From positions 62,001 to 126,000 of the forward strand of contig NMRA01000089.1 of the NCBI GenBank assembly GCA_002633005.1: a stretch of DNA of 64,000 nt, given 5' to 3'. This DNA comes from Phoronis australis (taxonomy: Eukaryota; Animalia; Phoronida). The translations under genes were made by a program, and so were the position numbers. The notes under the pieces were generated by a model. That model saw nothing but the letters and a program-made list of their open reading frames with translations. It did no database searches and had not been told where the DNA came from. Shown here piece after piece: positions 60,301 through 64,000 of this stretch (position 1 is the first letter of the stretch; each line of letters starts with the position of its first letter).

Positions 60301-61659
60301 GGCCACCATGACTGGGGCATGATGAAGGATGGTGAAGACAGGACATGTCCTATGTGTATGAAGGTGAGGTGCGGTTAGACTACACTGACAATAGTGCCCT
60401 CTGTATTCAGTGGTAACAGGTCGTGTAATAGATTATGCTAATCCTACAATTCATCACAATGATGTAAATAGATTCAGATTGGCTTTTAAGGAGAGCTTTG
60501 CCATGGTTGATGTAAATGCTAGGGCTTCACGGAATGGCAACCTGGGGTTGATTGAGATCACCCTTTGGGGATAGCTTTGACCTCTGCATGTGACTGGTTT
60601 ACAAATGAGCTTTGGCTTAGTTGTTCGTGTTACTTGTGACCATGCCTGTGGTGGTTGGATATATTCCTTGAGAATGGTCAAGTGCTTTTCATCGAAACGT
60701 TGGACATGTATATGCAATACTGAAAACAATTATGCTGAGTTTTCTATCACTAATTTGGCCCAGAACCAGCATCATTAATATACTGACTTCTGTGAGGTGT
60801 GTGGAAGTCAAGTGTAGAGATTAGACTAGACTAGGTTGACTTCGGTGCGGTGTGCGGAGGTCTGTGATGTGATGTTTACGTGTTTGCAGGTAACCTCTGG
60901 CAGCTCCAGTGTTTTACGAAAAAAGAAAGTTTCAGGTTATGTTCCTTTAATCTTTGTGTTTTCGTTACAGAGCGGTCCTTTCGTGCGTGTACAGACTGGC
61001 AGTGAGACAAGTTTCTATGTGGACAACGAGCCACCAACTCACTGCTTTTGTCCCTGTGCTCACATAGCCTCAGTAAACACAGCAAAGTAAGTTATGACAC
61101 GATCATCTAAAGAATCTCAAATTTCTGTCTTTTTGACTTAACGATTAATACTTGCATAGCATCACATTGTGATGGGTATCATTAGTAGGTAACACATAGC
61201 TTACACAGCTGGGGAAATAATGTTATTGTTATGATCATGAATATTGTTTCCTTGGTAACTCTTGCAGTAATGTTAGAATTACGATCATAAATGCCGTTTC
61301 CTTCATAGCTCTTTTCTGTAACGTCATAATTATGACCACCAATACTGTTTCCTACGTAGCCCATGCATTAGCAGAGTCTCGGCAGACACAGTGAGCAGAG
61401 ATCGCAGTAGTGGGAATCTTAACTGATGATACAAAGTTAGTCCTGTCCGTAATTTGTTTGTCATCCATTGAACTAAATTTCGAAATTAAAATTACTGTCG
61501 GAATTGAGTTTTTTATTTCTGCTTACTTTAAGGTACTGGTCGTCAATACCTATTCCTCACGGTTGCCATGGTTTTCGTGCCGCGTGCCCGTTCTGTGCAT
61601 CTCCACTTGATGTCTACCCAGGCTACATACGACTGATATACCAAGATCACGTCGACTGA
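33314..61659 (+). CDS. PELI: Pellino E3 ubiquitin-protein ligase, complete gene (10 coding exons, 498 aa)
   Basis: Pellino motifs IKYGELVVLGYNGSLP, DMFQIGRSSESPIDFVV, QSTISRFACRI, DGLTTNGVLIMHP, DGTLIDLCGATLLWR, RPQCPVGL, CGHVHG..CPMC..PCAH..ACPFCA. The exons sum to 1497 nt and end in TGA. Confidence 0.96.
33940..34335 (-). mobile_element. Two degenerate tandem copies (~190 bp) of a tRNA-related/SINE-like element
   Basis: Both copies contain ACTTGAACCAGGG (minus strand CCCTGGTTCAAGT, B-box-like) and share AGAGGCA..TTG and AGGCTTTA...TCACACCT.GAA. Confidence 0.45.
34546..34694. repeat. Long imperfect palindrome (MITE-like foldback)
   Basis: Arm AAATAAAACAACTAGAATGGATCAACTGAAATTTT..TAATAACGTCCTTTGT, an 8-nt loop, then its reverse complement. 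Confidence 0.85.
34895..37070. mobile_element. 2.2-kb non-autonomous DNA transposon (hAT5-like, 5-bp TSD)
   Basis: TIR CAGGGCTCGAC...GTCGAGCCCTG; TSD ACTAA at 34890-34894 and 37071-37075; subterminal TGCGA(C/G)CTG repeats at both ends; no recognisable transposase ORF. Confidence 0.87.
41381..41756. repeat. 27-bp minisatellite abutting the Pellino exon 2 acceptor
   Basis: ATGTCTTCTTACATTTCAAGTCA(CTGT/ATAG) alternating units. Confidence 0.92.
41763..42065 (+). CDS. PELI: Pellino exon 2
   Basis: Ser-rich region followed by PLIKYGELVVLG|gtaagt. Confidence 0.85.
42603..43070. repeat. 33-bp minisatellite (~14 copies)
   Basis: AAGATATGAACTAGTCTCAAGTAATGTGCCTTT. Confidence 0.95.
43670..44210. repeat. 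~47-52-bp minisatellite
   Basis: TTAGTTGCATACTGTACAGAAAGTTATGTTAGAACACCCATCTA(CAGTA)ATG units. Confidence 0.9.
47361..47752. mobile_element. Tc1/mariner-superfamily-like MITE (TA TSD)
   Basis: TA|CCGGGATTTTCCGTAGAT...ATCTATGGAAAATCCCGG|TA. Confidence 0.87.
51905..52125. repeat. ~33-bp degenerate minisatellite
   Basis: GCGATAT..CCATGGTATGATGGTTGTTA(C/G)TA units. Confidence 0.85.
53636..53765 (+). CDS. PELI: Pellino exon 3
   Basis: YNGSLPAGDKGRRRSKFSLFKKAEASGVRP...SSK. Confidence 0.95.
53802..53882. repeat. CA-rich microsatellite
   Basis: CACACGCACGCCCACACACACACACACGCACGC. Confidence 0.7.
54858..55180. mobile_element. Possible degenerate Helentron-associated (DINE-1-like) non-autonomous element
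   Basis: GCATTATGCTATCATCCCTGTCCGTTCGTCC start (GTCC-type microsatellite remnant) followed by TATCTC..TTCATGAAATTTGG; pattern resemblance only. Confidence 0.35.
56386..56487 (+). CDS. PELI: Pellino exon 4
   Basis: SIQDKSQHSVSYTLSRNHAIIVEYEQDETTDMFQ. Confidence 0.95.
57274..57471 (+). CDS. PELI: Pellino exon 5 (FHA core)
   Basis: IGRSSESPIDFVVMDTVPG...QSTISRFACRILVDRNPPYTARIYAAGFDSGKNIFLG. Confidence 0.96.
58248..58438. repeat. ~74-bp tandem repeat (~2.5 copies)
   Basis: TGCAAAGTGGTACAAGACTTAGATTTAC..TCTGTTTATACACACGATAACATCC. Confidence 0.85.
58674..58859 (+). CDS. PELI: Pellino exon 6
   Basis: EKATKWYRDSEIDGLTTNGVLIMHPVGGF...WREISVGGGVYGLRESRS. Confidence 0.96.
59332..59430 (+). CDS. PELI: Pellino exon 7
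   Basis: ITTEENILHDGTLIDLCGATLLWRSASGLLQSL. Confidence 0.95.
60148..60363 (+). CDS. PELI: Pellino exon 8 (RING-like, first half)
   Basis: INAGRPQCPVGLTTLVLP...QPYVYLSCGHVHGHHDWG...RTCPMCMK. Confidence 0.96.
60971..61086 (+). CDS. PELI: Pellino exon 9
   Basis: SGPFVRVQTGSETSFYVDNEPPTHCFCPCAHIASVNTA. Confidence 0.94.
61533..61659 (+). CDS. PELI: Pellino exon 10 (stop codon)
   Basis: YWSSIPIPHGCHGFRAACPFCASPLDVYPGYIRLIYQDHVD*. Confidence 0.95.
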
Positions 61660-62620
61660 ACCATGTCAACAGTATATAGGTTATCCAGTGCACATGCAGT
61701 AAGACTCACTTAAATCTGGTGTGCTTAGATACTTTCGCTACTAAGGGTCACACTTTTTAAATTATTTTTTTTTGAATACAACTTGTCAACCTCAAAAGCA
61801 TATATTTTTTAAATCCTTGATGTCCACAGAAGCCTACTATGCTCAGTAAAACAATGTCTTACTGTTTGTAGTCAAATGATGTTTTTTTCTTAAAAAATGC
61901 AATTTTTCCAAATTTGGCACGGGGTAAGTCATGGGTGTCACATACGTGACTAATTTCACATGAATCTTGAAAACTCTATCCCTATATTCTATTAGGTTCA
62001 ATCAAATGTCTGGAAAAAAAATTAGCAAGGCCTATTTACACCAAAAACCCTATCGTCAACAGCAAGGCATTATTGTTCGGCACACAGTAGGTTTCTGTAG
62101 GTTTCTGTCTGTAATCATCAAGGATTTGAAAAATATATTGTTTCATGGGTACACGAATTGTGTTTTAAAAGATATTTTAAAAAGTGTTACCCTTGTCAGT
62201 GAAGGCATCCTATTACCTTAACCCTTTTTTTAACTCGGACAAAGTTCTGTGTTACGATTGCTCTGTGTTTATTTGGCTGTTCACCCAATGTGAATCTGAT
62301 GTATGCTGGTCTTACTGTACATTACAAGAATTTTCAATCAAGTGTTGTTTAGTTGAGGCATGTTGACATTTCCTTACAGTGATTATCTATACTTGTGAAT
62401 TATTTTGTGGGGATCTCTCTTAGACCTCTCCATAATTTGTATTGTGAATTTGGTACAAAAGTTATCAAGTCTTTGGAAATTTTATTTTATTCAGTTCCCA
62501 TTTGTCAGCTCTAGCTGATTATGCATACGTGTACATTGCAGGTCACGTGAGTTATTTGATGTCTAGTACCTGTGCACATGTTAACTGTATGTACTGAGTA
62601 TGTAAATATATGTGACGCTA

Positions 62621-62745
62621 GTAACATTCATCAGCCTTTGATAAATGTTAAAAAGGTATGTCACAATTTTTTGTAACATTCATCAATCTTTGATGAAATG
62701 TTAAAAATGTTTGTCACAATTGTTAGTAACATTCATCAATCTTTT
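62621..62745. repeat. ~53-bp tandem repeat downstream of the Pellino stop
   Basis: GTAACATTCATCA(A/G)..TTTGAT..AATGTTAAAAA.GT.TGTCACAATT, ~2.5 copies. Confidence 0.75.
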
Positions 62746-64000
62746 ATGACTGTTTTTGTTGATCATTTCTATCAGTGTGAATTATCATGTATTTATTGAT
62801 CCCGGCCTCTTGTAAAGTTTTATTGTTTTGAAGTTGTGGGACACAATGTGGAATTGAAAATGTGATCGTTGCTTTGACTAATGGGCGCAGTACTTATGCT
62901 TGTGTTCTGTGCTAGTTATGGAAGGCTTTAACCAAAGATGTATTTGTCTTCTGCAGACCTGTGTACCATACACGAAACACGCAAATTCGTATGGATATTC
63001 TACTTGTACTACGCAAGTATGCATTGGCTGTAAAAAATACACAAGTCAAGACAACTTATGTGATTTGTTTGTATCTATAGCTAATGTGTAGTTTTAGTCT
63101 TGATATTGAGTGTATTGTTGGAACAGGAGGAGAAAAAGACTAATGTTTTAATATTAGAAATTCATTGGCTTTAATCATTTGAATCGAAAATAATCAAGTT
63201 GGCCCAGTGACGAACGTGAAGTTATCAGCCAGCTTTCATTTTCATTCACTCAAAAATTAGCGAATCATGAGGCTAATTCTATCCATATTCATTGTCATCC
63301 TACCTAAAGTGTTAGAAACAACTCCTGTGATTGGTGGATTACTCACTTCATTCACGTTTGGCTTTCTCTGCCAAGCATCTTAGTGTAATTATCAAAATGG
63401 CCTAGCGTGTGATCAAGATACACATTTCACGGTTTTGTCCACCATCTTGGATGTTTAATTTGGTAGAGTAAACTGACCAAAACGTAATTTCATTAAAAAA
63501 CTCAAAAGTTTCTGTCCAAACAACCGCTCAGCATTCACGCGCTTGTTATGAGAAATTTTGAAGTTCCCCATAGACAGTATAGTTGACTAGAAACGGCAAG
63601 TTGTTCAAAGCTACTTTCTCGTAGGTTGGTTGCCATGGTGACTATGTTTGTCATGTGTAAGGTCTCAGTGTAACATCACTACTACCACTCACTCCACATT
63701 GCAAATAAACTGTGGTGATCCGTCAGTAATGGTATTTGTAGTCTATATGCGTTTCATACATGGGGTTATATCTTAATATTAGCTCAGGCTTGATTGTTAC
63801 GGAAGTTAAATAACAGATGAGGCACTGGACAAGTAGGTGCCTATTTAACACACAGTCTCAATGTGTCCTTCTGATAAAATGTGCAAATTTTTTGAGAATC
63901 TGCAAATCTGGTAGGCAGAATTTTCCACAGCAGTTTTGGTGGTACACAGGTCTGACATTTATGACATGAAGCTAGGAGTGGATAGTGACATGAACTATGT

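Overview
This is eukaryotic animal genomic DNA, AT-rich and intron-rich. It is probably from a marine invertebrate such as a lophotrochozoan, but the taxon is an inference. It holds two divergently transcribed genes whose start codons are 417 bp apart. Minus strand: the 5' half of cytoplasmic dynein 1 heavy chain (DYNC1H1), with 37 hand-spliced GT-AG coding exons from ATG 32896 down to 151. These give 6750 nt (2250 codons) with consistent phases, covering tail, linker, AAA1 and the start of AAA2; the gene runs off the left edge. Plus strand: a complete Pellino E3 ubiquitin ligase gene (10 coding exons, 33314-61659, 498 aa). Introns contain non-autonomous DNA transposons (three with CAGG termini and 8-, 6- and 5-bp target-site duplications clustered near the shared promoter, plus a TA-TSD element), hairpin elements, tRNA-derived SINE-like elements and many minisatellites. 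The most unusual pattern is repeated short tandem duplication spanning or abutting splice sites, some of which create in-frame alternative donors or acceptors in dynein. A duplicated dynein exon 13 beside an assembly N is probably an uncollapsed haplotype. I found no convincing novel protein-coding system; the remaining ORF-track entries look spurious.
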